Assembly (NCBI GenBank): GCA_964607415.1
Contig: CAZSKK010000002.1
Location: 352,585 to 416,584, forward strand
DNA length: 64,000 nucleotides
Direction of reading: 5' to 3'
DNA from: an uncultured Candidatus Saccharibacteria bacterium
GTDB taxonomy: Bacteria > Patescibacteriota > Dojkabacteria > J137
Below are positions 46,346-54,851 of the stretch, piece after piece. Numbering within the stretch: the first letter of the stretch is position 1; every line of letters begins with the position of its first letter. Under the pieces are notes generated by a model that was not told the DNA's origin, made no database searches, and saw only the letters and a list, made by a program, of their open reading frames with translations. The position numbers and the translations under genes are program-made.

Positions 46346-47308
46346 ATGAACTCTTTAAAGCAATTCGTAATTAAAAAAACCTCAGAAAAAGATAGTGAGG
46401 CTCATTTCGAAATAGGTCCACTTCCAACTGGATATGGCCATACATTAGGAAACTTCCTAAGAAGAGTGCTTTTAACATCTGTGCCTGGTTCTGCTATTAC
46501 AGCTATAAAAATTGATGGAGTTCAACATGAGTACTCAACATTGGCTGGTGTGAGCGATGACATTTTGTCAGTAATTCTTGCACTAAAGAATGTTGTGTTA
46601 GTTTCGAAAACCAATGATCCTGTAACTTTAGAGATTGATGTAAAGGGGAAAGATGGTGATGTTGTTGAAGTAAAAGCTTCAGATATCAAAAAAGATTCTA
46701 ATGTAGAAATTATTAATCCTGAATACGTAATCACAAAATTAACAAGTTCAAAAGCTAGATTTAAAGCACAAATAACTGTTGAGAGAGGAATAGGATATGC
46801 TCTTCCAAATGAAGAAATAAGAAAAGAAGTAGGAACACTTCCAGTAGATAGTAATTTTTCACCTGTAGAATTGGTTCACTATAGTGTTGTTCCAACTAGA
46901 GTTGGAAACAGAACAGATCTTGATCAAGTTAACATTTCAATTAAGACTAACGGTTCTGTAACAGCAATAGAGGCTTTGCATGTTGCCGCAGAGATTATTA
47001 ATGAAATGTCTTCTCACTTGTTCTATAACACAAGCCAAATGATTACAGGAAATGAAGTATCTGTTTTGGTTGGAAGACCTCAAGATGAAAGTGTAAAAAC
47101 ACAATCTAGTGAAAAGGAGCCAATCAAAGTTGTTGACTTGAATTTATCTACAAGATTAACAAATGCTCTTTTAAGATCAGGTTATGATGATTTAAGAAAA
47201 CTTGAAGGTTTAACTGAAGAAGAAGTTGCAAATATCAGAGGTATGGGCAGTAAATCATATACTGAACTATTGGACATCATTAAAAAATACGAAATTAAAC
47301 TGGTTTAA
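46346..47308 (+). CDS. rpoA: DNA-directed RNA polymerase subunit alpha
   Basis: FEIGPLPTGYGHTLGNFLRRVLLTSVPGSAITAIKIDGVQHEYSTLAGV, then a C-terminal alpha-CTD. Start moved to the internal ATG (MNSLKQ). Confidence 0.9.
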   Translation: MNSLKQFVIKKTSEKDSEAHFEIGPLPTGYGHTLGNFLRRVLLTSVPGSAITAIKIDGVQHEYSTLAGVSDDILSVILALKNVVLVSKTNDPVTLEIDVKGKDGDVVEVKASDIKKDSNVEIINPEYVITKLTSSKARFKAQITVERGIGYALPNEEIRKEVGTLPVDSNFSPVELVHYSVVPTRVGNRTDLDQVNISIKTNGSVTAIEALHVAAEIINEMSSHLFYNTSQMITGNEVSVLVGRPQDESVKTQSSEKEPIKVVDLNLSTRLTNALLRSGYDDLRKLEGLTEEEVANIRGMGSKSYTELLDIIKKYEIKLV

Positions 47309-47389
47309 TTTAGAAATTTTTTAATAAACTTAATTTTGAAAACAAAACTGTTTTAAAAATTGCAAATTTAAAAATTAGAAATTGTAAAG

Positions 47390-47920
47390 ATGTATTCGAC
47401 AAATAAGAAATTAAAAATGCCAGGTAAAAAAGCTTCTCATAGGAATGCTTTAACCCGATCTTTAGTGATGGATTTACTTAGATCTGAAAGGGTAAAAACA
47501 ACTCCTACAAAAGCTAAAATAATGAAGTCACAGATAGATAAATTAATCACAGCTGCAAAAAAAGATACACCTGGATCTAGAAGAGTAATTGAAAGTTTTT
47601 TTGCTTCAAACGAATTTGCAATTAATAAACTTTATAAAGTAGCGGGAAGAATTACGGACAGAAATTCAGGATATACAAGAGTAATTCATACACTACCAAG
47701 AAAAGGTGATAATGCAAAGCAGGCTTATATAATGTTCGTTGATTTTGAAGCAAAGGGAAAGAAAACAAAGTTACAGTCATTATTAGAAAAAAAAGAGACA
47801 AAAACAAATAAAAAAGTTTCCAAAAAAGCTCAAAAAACTGAAAGAGTAAAGAGTGAAAAAGTTAAAGAGGCAGTAGTTTCAAAAGGAACCAATACAAAAA
47901 CAAGAAGAATTTCAATGTAA
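47390..47920 (+). CDS. rplQ: 50S ribosomal protein L17 (Lys-rich C-terminal extension)
   Basis: HRNALTRSLVMDLLRSERVKTTPTKAKIMKSQIDKLI is canonical L17. Confidence 0.85.
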   Translation: MYSTNKKLKMPGKKASHRNALTRSLVMDLLRSERVKTTPTKAKIMKSQIDKLITAAKKDTPGSRRVIESFFASNEFAINKLYKVAGRITDRNSGYTRVIHTLPRKGDNAKQAYIMFVDFEAKGKKTKLQSLLEKKETKTNKKVSKKAQKTERVKSEKVKEAVVSKGTNTKTRRISM

Positions 47921-47943
47921 ATTACAGATTAACGCTAACTTAA

Positions 47944-48372
47944 ATGAAAACAAGATCAACAAAACAAAAAGAAATAGAAGAAAAATGGTATTTGATTGAT
48001 GCAAAAGGTCAGAGAATAGGTAGAATAGCAACTAAAGCTGCACATTTGATAATGGGCAAAAATAATCCATTAGTAAAAAACTACATTGACCCTAAATCAA
48101 AAGTTGTAATTATAAATGCGGATAAAATTGACTTTACAGAAAAAAGAGGATTTTCAAAGTTTTACAAAACATATTCAGGATATCCAAGTGGTTTAAAGGT
48201 TATTTCTTTGGAAGAACAAATGAAAAAATTTCCAACAAGACCTTTGGAACATGCTGTTAGAGGAATGTTACCTAGAAATAAAAGAGGAGATGCTTTATAT
48301 ACAAATTTGTATGTATATGCATCCGAAACACATCCTCATAATGGTCAGCAACCTGTTGAAGTAAAAATTTAA
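47944..48372 (+). CDS. rplM: 50S ribosomal protein L13
   Basis: WYLIDAKGQRIGRIATKAAHLIMGKN is canonical L13. Confidence 0.9.
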   Translation: MKTRSTKQKEIEEKWYLIDAKGQRIGRIATKAAHLIMGKNNPLVKNYIDPKSKVVIINADKIDFTEKRGFSKFYKTYSGYPSGLKVISLEEQMKKFPTRPLEHAVRGMLPRNKRGDALYTNLYVYASETHPHNGQQPVEVKI

Positions 48373-48396
48373 GTTAACAATTACAGATTATTAATT

Positions 48397-48786
48397 ATGC
48401 AATACACATACACTATCGGAAGAAGAAAAACAGCAAGAGCAACGGTAAGACTTTACTCCGTAGAAGGTGCATCTGAAATAAATGGTAAATCTTTTGATAA
48501 ATATTTTGTAAGTGAATTAGATAAAACCAGAGTATTAGAACCTTTCAAAATTGCTGATTTAAAGGCTAAAGATTATTACTTTACTTCACAAGTAGTAGGA
48601 GGTGGAAAAAATGCTCAACTAGAAGCAATTAGACTTGGAATTGCAAGGGCTATTGTTAAATTGATGCCAGAGAAAAGAGTAGATTTAAAGAAAGAAGGCT
48701 TATTGAAAAGAGATCCAAGAATGGTAGAAAGAAAGAAAACTGGATTGCACAAAGCAAGGAAAGCAGAGCAATACTCAAAGCGTTAA
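48397..48786 (+). CDS. rpsI: 30S ribosomal protein S9
   Basis: GGGKNAQLEAIRLGIARAI ... RDPRMVERKKTGLHKARKAEQYSKR is canonical S9. Confidence 0.9.
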   Translation: MQYTYTIGRRKTARATVRLYSVEGASEINGKSFDKYFVSELDKTRVLEPFKIADLKAKDYYFTSQVVGGGKNAQLEAIRLGIARAIVKLMPEKRVDLKKEGLLKRDPRMVERKKTGLHKARKAEQYSKR

Positions 48787-48841
48787 AATTATTAGTGAAG
48801 TTTATATCCCAACACAAATTTACTTATTATTCTTAAGAATA

Positions 48842-49198
48842 ATGAATAAAAGAGAGTTGGGATATTTTTTTGAGCAAGCCGCAATTAAGTACCTTGAAAA
48901 TAAAAATTTCCAATTAATTGAAAATAATTTTAATACCAGAACAGGAGAAATAGATCTGATAATGAAAGATCAAGATTTTACCGTTTTTGTTGAGGTTAAA
49001 AGTCTTAACAAATCTAATAACTTCTATATTTACGAAACACTAACTAAGAAGAAAAAGAAAAGAATAAAAAGTTCAATTTACACATGGCTTAATAAAAATG
49101 ATTTAAACGCAGCAATTTGGAGATGCGATTTTGTCGGTATAATCTATCAAAGCGAAGAAGATTATACTGTTGAGCATTATAAATTTGTTCAACTTTGA
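48842..49198 (+). CDS. YraN/UPF0102 family endonuclease-like protein
   Basis: YFFEQAAIKYLENKNFQLIENNF..TGEIDLIMKDQDFTVFVEVKS matches the YraN core (GE.DLI ... FVEVK). Confidence 0.7.
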   Translation: MNKRELGYFFEQAAIKYLENKNFQLIENNFNTRTGEIDLIMKDQDFTVFVEVKSLNKSNNFYIYETLTKKKKKRIKSSIYTWLNKNDLNAAIWRCDFVGIIYQSEEDYTVEHYKFVQL

Positions 49199-49297
49199 AC
49201 GTTAGGTACTTGCTTAAAAGTAGAGGATAGGCTATATTATAAGTAGAAGTGATTGAAAACAAGCTTTAGCAGTGATATACTAAAACTGCTAATACAT

Positions 49298-49675
49298 ATG
49301 GAAAGAAACTTCATACCACCACAAATAATGCAGCAGATTCTTTCAATTATCCCAAATTACTGCGATAAATGTGGTTCTAAACATCAAAAGGCAGATTTGG
49401 AAGTGATTGAATCAGAGAATAGCAACTTAGTTTGCAAGCTGAATTGTACAACTTGTAAGAATGTTTATATGATTCATGTTACAAGTACTCCCGATGGCGT
49501 CATTTCTGCTAAAGGTGCTAAATTTAAGTTGGATATCTCTGATCAAGAAATGAAGAAATTTTCAGGATCTGATCAAATTGCTAAAGACGAAATCCTTGAT
49601 GTTTTTATAGCCTTAAAAGAGGTTCAGACGCTTGAGGATTTTGACACTTTATTTACTACTGATATCAATAACTAA
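49298..49675 (+). CDS. Hypothetical zinc-ribbon protein
   Basis: CDKCGSKH ... CTTCKNV forms a C4 pair. Start ambiguous: the ORF-track start is 49253, and the internal ATG at 49298 is used here. Confidence 0.35.
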   Translation: MERNFIPPQIMQQILSIIPNYCDKCGSKHQKADLEVIESENSNLVCKLNCTTCKNVYMIHVTSTPDGVISAKGAKFKLDISDQEMKKFSGSDQIAKDEILDVFIALKEVQTLEDFDTLFTTDINN

Positions 49676-50734
49676 AGCTCCTGTTTTAATTTTATTCGGT
49701 ACTTCATTAATATCGGCAGTCGTTATTATAATTTGTTCATTCAGTGCGAGAAGAAGATCTGAAAGCCTAGATCTGTGCTCGTTATCAAGCTCTGAAAAAA
49801 TGTCGTCTAGTAAAAATGTTGGATGTATCTCATTATACTTAAGCATGTATTTGTATTGAGCCACCTTCAGAATAAATGCACCTATTCTTTGCTGCCCTCG
49901 AGAACCAAGATAGCGCAAGTTTTTATTATTTAGCAATAACTCATAGTCATCTTTGTGAGGGCCATACAATGTTTTGCCTACAATTATTTCTTTTTGAATA
50001 TTTTGAGAGAATTTTTCTGAAAGGGTATCTTTATATTTCTCAGGGTTGGATTCAGTATTTGGTAAATATTTAACATTAAAATCTTCAAAATCGTGAAATA
50101 TTCTTAACGCTTCGTTAAACATAAAAGATTGATTTTCTGTAAAAAAATTATATCTTTCATGAAAAATTTTGGTACTTAAGTTAATAACCTCGTTTGTCCA
50201 AAAATTTAGTTCACTATGCCTAAATGGCTCATCACGAAGTTGTTTTAGTAATGCATTTCTGTTTTTAATCATTGCCCTAAACCTACTCACAGAACTAGCA
50301 AAACCAGTAATGGTAAATGACAAGAAATCATCAATATCATCTCTTCGAATTTGGGGCTCACCTGAGATAAGATTAACGCTTTGAGGCGCAAACAGAATAA
50401 ATGGTAGTTTGGTGGATAGTTTACCAACCGATGTAATTTTTTTGTTTAATTTGTACTTTCTTGAAAGTCTGTCTTTATCAATTGATACAATATACTCAAT
50501 TTCATTACTATCTTGGTCTATTTGAACTTTTGCAAACTCTGCCTGGTCGCCTATCACATCACTTAAAGAAACTATAGGTCTAAAAGAATATCCTGCTGAT
50601 GAAAAGTATAAACTTTCAAGGAAGTTCGTTTTTCCAATGCCATTTTGAGCAACTATTAAATTAATTCCTGGAGATAATTTGCAGTCCAAATCTTTAATAG
50701 TGCGATAATTTGTAATGCGAACATTGTTAATCAT
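49649..50734 (-). CDS. recF: DNA replication and repair protein RecF
   Basis: MINNVRITNYRTIKDLDCKLSPGINLIVAQNGIGKTNFLESLYF aligns with the RecF N-terminus and Walker A. 361 aa. Confidence 0.8.
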   Translation of the reverse strand: MINNVRITNYRTIKDLDCKLSPGINLIVAQNGIGKTNFLESLYFSSAGYSFRPIVSLSDVIGDQAEFAKVQIDQDSNEIEYIVSIDKDRLSRKYKLNKKITSVGKLSTKLPFILFAPQSVNLISGEPQIRRDDIDDFLSFTITGFASSVSRFRAMIKNRNALLKQLRDEPFRHSELNFWTNEVINLSTKIFHERYNFFTENQSFMFNEALRIFHDFEDFNVKYLPNTESNPEKYKDTLSEKFSQNIQKEIIVGKTLYGPHKDDYELLLNNKNLRYLGSRGQQRIGAFILKVAQYKYMLKYNEIHPTFLLDDIFSELDNEHRSRLSDLLLALNEQIIITTADINEVPNKIKTGALVIDISSK

Positions 50735-50893
50735 GAGGACAAGTTAGGAATTTTTGAATTCGAAAATTTTTAAAACTTTCTGATGTTTCAAAATTAGGTT
50801 TATTGAAAAATTAAGAAATTGCTCTTCGATTTTACATTACCATTGCCTAAAGCTCAAACTCATTGTAGACTGTATTCAATTTAGGAATCATTT

Positions 50894-51970
50894 ATGAAAA
50901 AAGGGTTTGATATTTCTATGATAACAAAAGATAAGGCTGGAATAGGTTACTATGCCAGTGAATTGCTTAAGAGCCTCCTCAGAAAAGATCCTGACAACTA
51001 CTTTCTTTTTACAAACTCTGAAAATAATATTCCTATTGAATTTAAAGATAGAAATGTAATAGTAATTAAATCTAAAGCGCCAGGTTTTTTATGGATAGTT
51101 AAAGTGTCGTGGTTTTTAGTAAGAAATAAATTTGATTTATTTATTTCGCCATCGAATTTTCTATTTGGAATTTTATTTCCGAAAACAATCCAAATAGTAC
51201 ATGATTTATCTCCGGTAAAGTATCCCGAATTTTTCGGAAAGAGTTCATCTTTAAAATATAAATACATGCTTAAACTTGCAATCAAAAGATCTTTATTTAT
51301 AGCTACAAACTCTAATACTACAAGACAGGACATTATTGATTCTTATAAAACAAAACACACAAGTAAAATTAGAACAATTGGAATAGGTTTAAATAGTTGG
51401 GCATTAGAAGAAAAAAATGAAAAACAAATGAAAATTGTTAAACACAAATATGATTTACCTGATAATTTTATACTTTCCTTAAGTACTCTAGAGCCTAGAA
51501 AAAACCACAAAAACATGATTAGGGCTTTCGCAGATGTCTCTAAACAAGACGATGATTTATTCTATGTTATAGCTGGGAAGAAGGGATGGCTATTTGATGA
51601 TATTTTTGAGCTTGTTAAAAACCTAAAGTTAGAACATAAGATAAAGTTTATAGGTTACGTTGATGAAAAGGATTTAGCAAGCCTTATAGATTTAAGTAAA
51701 CTTCTTTTATATGTTAGTATCTGGGAAGGCGTAGGAATGCCACCAATGGAAGCTTTAATTCGAAATAAACCTGTTGTTGTATCTGATCTAAAGGTCTTTA
51801 AAGAATTTTTAGAAAGTAAGGCTGTATTTGTTGATCCTTCAAGTCCTGAAAGCATAAAAAAGGGTATAGATATTGGTTTAAAAAGTGATGTAAAAAACGT
51901 ATACGATTTATTAGATGAATATTCTTGGGAAAAGGTCTCAGATAATCTGATTAATTTAACAAAACCATAA
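50894..51970 (+). CDS. Glycosyltransferase family 4
   Basis: WEGVGMPPMEALIRNKPVVVSDLKVFKEFL in the C-terminal GT-B domain. Confidence 0.7.
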   Translation: MKKGFDISMITKDKAGIGYYASELLKSLLRKDPDNYFLFTNSENNIPIEFKDRNVIVIKSKAPGFLWIVKVSWFLVRNKFDLFISPSNFLFGILFPKTIQIVHDLSPVKYPEFFGKSSSLKYKYMLKLAIKRSLFIATNSNTTRQDIIDSYKTKHTSKIRTIGIGLNSWALEEKNEKQMKIVKHKYDLPDNFILSLSTLEPRKNHKNMIRAFADVSKQDDDLFYVIAGKKGWLFDDIFELVKNLKLEHKIKFIGYVDEKDLASLIDLSKLLLYVSIWEGVGMPPMEALIRNKPVVVSDLKVFKEFLESKAVFVDPSSPESIKKGIDIGLKSDVKNVYDLLDEYSWEKVSDNLINLTKP

Positions 51971-52112
51971 AATTCCTTGACAAAAAGGGGGCTTTTAAGT
52001 TATCTTAACTGTCGTATATGAATAGTTTACAGTAATCAGTCTTTGGTTCTCAGAAAGACATATTGTAAATTTAGTTCAGAACTTAAAACCTTATTAAATT
52101 ACCTAACACCGA

Positions 52113-52380
52113 AACAACGTTTTAAGTTGTTGAAAGTATAAAGAGATTTTTATTTACCTCATCCTGAGACAGCACATTGTGCTGTCGAATGGAGCTAAAA
52201 TAGGCTCATTGGATTAGAGGAAAAGACTTTATTTTTATAAATAACCTCATCCAATCCTGAAACAAAGTTCAGGATTGACCCGAAACAGCATATTATGCTG
52301 TTGAGAATATAAAGAGATTTTTTATTTACCTCATCCGATTGTGAAACAAAGTTCACAATCGACTTCTCCTAGAGGAGAAG
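52113..52380 (+). promoter_or_regulatory. Array of five or six stem-loops with a repeated 'acctcatcc' prefix; candidate structured leader or small RNA upstream of the acidic-protein/tig genes
   Basis: Hairpins at 52113-52131, 52168-52186, 52253-52276, 52284-52302, 52337-52360 and 52363-52380. Two share the loop AAACAAAG with different, complementary stems. Confidence 0.4.
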
Positions 52381-52404
52381 TAAGATGAATAAGCTTGTTT
52401 ATAT

Positions 52405-52809
52405 ATGGCAAAAAACAAAAACCCTAAACTAAATGAAGATGACACGATTGAAGAAGACGGAATGCCTTTAGAGGACACCACTTCTATATCTAATGATGAC
52501 GATGCACTTGCTGATGATTTTGACCCAAGTACTGAAATTGCAGAAGATTCTTCAGAATCAGATGAAGGCGAACTAACAGGTTACACAATGGGCGAAATTG
52601 GCCTTGCAGACATGGAAACTGACAGCGAACATATCGAAGATGCTAAAATATTAAAAGAAGGTTTTAAACTTGCAAAACAAATAGAAAGTATTGATGAAGT
52701 TGAATCAGATGATGAGGACAGTGCAATGACTTTTGATAGTTCTGATGAAGCAGACATTTTCAAAGATTTTGAAGATGATGATACTATTTACGATGGAGAT
52801 GATTATTAA
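52405..52809 (+). CDS. Hyper-acidic, low-complexity protein (predicted intrinsically disordered)
   Basis: 134 aa, very rich in Asp and Glu (DDDALADDFDPSTEIAEDSSESDEGE...DEDSAMTFDSSDEADIFKDFEDDDTIYDGDDY). 9 nt upstream of tig. Confidence 0.5.
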   Translation: MAKNKNPKLNEDDTIEEDGMPLEDTTSISNDDDALADDFDPSTEIAEDSSESDEGELTGYTMGEIGLADMETDSEHIEDAKILKEGFKLAKQIESIDEVESDDEDSAMTFDSSDEADIFKDFEDDDTIYDGDDY

Positions 52810-52818
52810 CAACTTAAA

Positions 52819-53994
52819 ATGAAAAAATACACTTCAAAACAAATAGAAAAAACGATAGATATTTATACTTTCGAAGTTCAGGCTGCAATTGAGTTACTAA
52901 ATGAGCAAAAAGAAAAGCTTTTTCCAGAACTTGCTAAAGATATTAAAATTCCAGGATTTAGACCCGGGAAAGCTCCTAGACAAGTTATAGAAGAAAAACT
53001 TGCCACAAAGCTTTTTACAGAAAGTATAAACCGAATGCTTCCTAGTATTGCTTATGAGGTAATTATTGAAAACAGTTTAAACCCAATAACAAATCTAGAA
53101 TATAGTTTGAAGGATTTTGATGAAAGTAAAGGTATAACTTTTACATTTTCCTTCACAAACTATCCGGAAGTAACTTTGGCAGACTATTCCAAAATAAAAA
53201 TCGCAAAAAAAGAAGTTGTTGTAAAAGATGATGAAATTGAATCTGTAATGCAAAATATTATTAAATCCAGCTTACCAAAAGAAAAATGGGAAAAAAATAT
53301 AGTTAAGAAACCTGAAAAAAGTAGTCAGCAATCAGTAAAGAAGCAAGAAACTAGTAATAAGCAAGGGGAACACGATCACAAAGGGCATTCTCATGCAAAG
53401 AAAGATGATGAAGAAATAAAAATTACAAACGATTTAGTAGAAGCTCTCGGGTATGAAACAGAAAAAACTGTAGAGGACTTAAAAAAATCAATTAAAGAAA
53501 AGTTAGTCGAAATGAAAACTTCTCAAAATCAGCAAGATTATATTGATGAGGTAATCAAAGAAGCTGTTGCTATTTCTAAATTTGATATCCCTAAAGTTTT
53601 TGTGGAAAGAGAAATTGAGATTATGGAAAACAATTTTAAAAAAAGGCTTGAAGATATAAAATTAAACCTTGATACTTATCTTGCATCACAAGGGTCTACT
53701 ATCGAAGAGTATAGAAAAGATTGGGCAAAGCAGGCCGAGGAAAGAGTAAAGACAGATTTAATCCTATTAACAATTGCTTCTAATGAAAAGCTTATACCTA
53801 AAGACAGTGAAGTAGAAACTGAAATTAAATCTATAACAGATCCTTCATTAAAAGCGCAGTATGATAATGCAAATGGAAGGGATTACATTAAAACTGTCAT
53901 GACAAAGCAAAATGGTTTGAAAAAACTTATGGAAATTGTAGAGGGAAATAAAAAAGCTGATAAAGCAGTAACTAAATCGGGGAAAAAGAAATAA
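52819..53994 (+). CDS. tig: Trigger factor (ribosome-binding N-domain and C-domain; no PPIase domain recognised)
   Basis: KIPGFRPGKAPRQVIEEKLATKLFTESINRMLPSIAYEVIIENSLNPIT matches the TF signature GFR.GK.P and N-domain. His-rich insert GEHDHKGHSHAKKDD. Confidence 0.7.
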   Translation: MKKYTSKQIEKTIDIYTFEVQAAIELLNEQKEKLFPELAKDIKIPGFRPGKAPRQVIEEKLATKLFTESINRMLPSIAYEVIIENSLNPITNLEYSLKDFDESKGITFTFSFTNYPEVTLADYSKIKIAKKEVVVKDDEIESVMQNIIKSSLPKEKWEKNIVKKPEKSSQQSVKKQETSNKQGEHDHKGHSHAKKDDEEIKITNDLVEALGYETEKTVEDLKKSIKEKLVEMKTSQNQQDYIDEVIKEAVAISKFDIPKVFVEREIEIMENNFKKRLEDIKLNLDTYLASQGSTIEEYRKDWAKQAEERVKTDLILLTIASNEKLIPKDSEVETEIKSITDPSLKAQYDNANGRDYIKTVMTKQNGLKKLMEIVEGNKKADKAVTKSGKKK

Positions 53995-54060
53995 GAATAA
54001 TTGGTTAACGAGCAAAGAAGCCGTGGCTTCTTTGTATTTTCGTTGGAGTCAAACCCTTTG

Positions 54061-54717
54061 CTAATCTTTTCTTAAATCAAAAATTGTTTTTCTAAATAAT
54101 GTTGTTAAGAATACTGAAAGAAGGATTCCCCAGAAAATAACTTTAGTATAAATTTCTTTCTCATTTATTGTTTCGTTATCTAAAACAAGTAGAGTAGAAG
54201 ATGTAAAATTTGCCTTAGATCTTTCACTTAGCTGGCCCTGTGTTTCTGCGTCAATTTCTTTAGCAGCTTCTTCATTTACAGAATCCTGGAAGTTTATCTC
54301 CTTATTTAAGCTGTTTTTAATTCTATTTTCAAATTCAGTCTTACTTAACCCTGTAACTCTACCTCTAAAAGTTTGTTCTTTGGCAAAAAGTTTGCCAGGT
54401 TTTATTTTAACTACAAAATCGTATCCATATTCTTTCAAACCAACGTAATAATAATCAACGGATCTAATAGTTTCCCCTTCATCATTTAGCCTCTCGCCTT
54501 CTTGCGATACCTGTCTTAATAAATCCGGTGTTCCAGTGATTTCAACTACATCATCAAAACTAATTTCCTGAAGAAGTTTATCGGTATAATTATCAGGTTT
54601 AACAACTTTTACTGGTTTATTTGCCATTGACAGATCGTTTCTATACAAAAAATAAACACCTCCGAAAGAAATGGCAGTTATGAGTAGAATTAAAAATACA
54701 GGTTTAGCTAGTTTCAT
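54061..54717 (-). CDS. Hypothetical bitopic membrane protein
   Basis: N-terminal TM (VFLILLITAISFGGVYFLY) and C-terminal TM (VIFWGILLSVFLTTLF). Confidence 0.4.
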   Translation of the reverse strand: MKLAKPVFLILLITAISFGGVYFLYRNDLSMANKPVKVVKPDNYTDKLLQEISFDDVVEITGTPDLLRQVSQEGERLNDEGETIRSVDYYYVGLKEYGYDFVVKIKPGKLFAKEQTFRGRVTGLSKTEFENRIKNSLNKEINFQDSVNEEAAKEIDAETQGQLSERSKANFTSSTLLVLDNETINEKEIYTKVIFWGILLSVFLTTLFRKTIFDLRKD

Positions 54718-54737
54718 AAGTGGTTCATTAGTTGCAT

Positions 54738-54801
54738 AACCCCTCCTTTAATTCGTCCCCTTTAATTAAAGGGGAGGTGGCACAGAGAGCCGGTGGGGTT
54801 A
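54738..54801. repeat. GC-rich nested-palindrome element (copy 3), intergenic, 3' of trpS
   Basis: Outer ataacccctcc/ggtggggttat with inner tcccctttaattaaagggga. Confidence 0.5.
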
Positions 54802-54851
54802 TTCAAAAATCGTAATTAATTAAATTCAGTATAGCCTAAAGTGTTTTTTGT

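Noticed and set aside
52113-52380. Possible CRISPR array, because of a repeated 'aagagatttttatttacctcatcc' word and palindromes
   Set aside because: There are only two full copies of the long word. The repeats are of unequal length and spacing. The palindromes differ from each other, and no cas genes are nearby. It is better explained as an RNA structural/regulatory leader.
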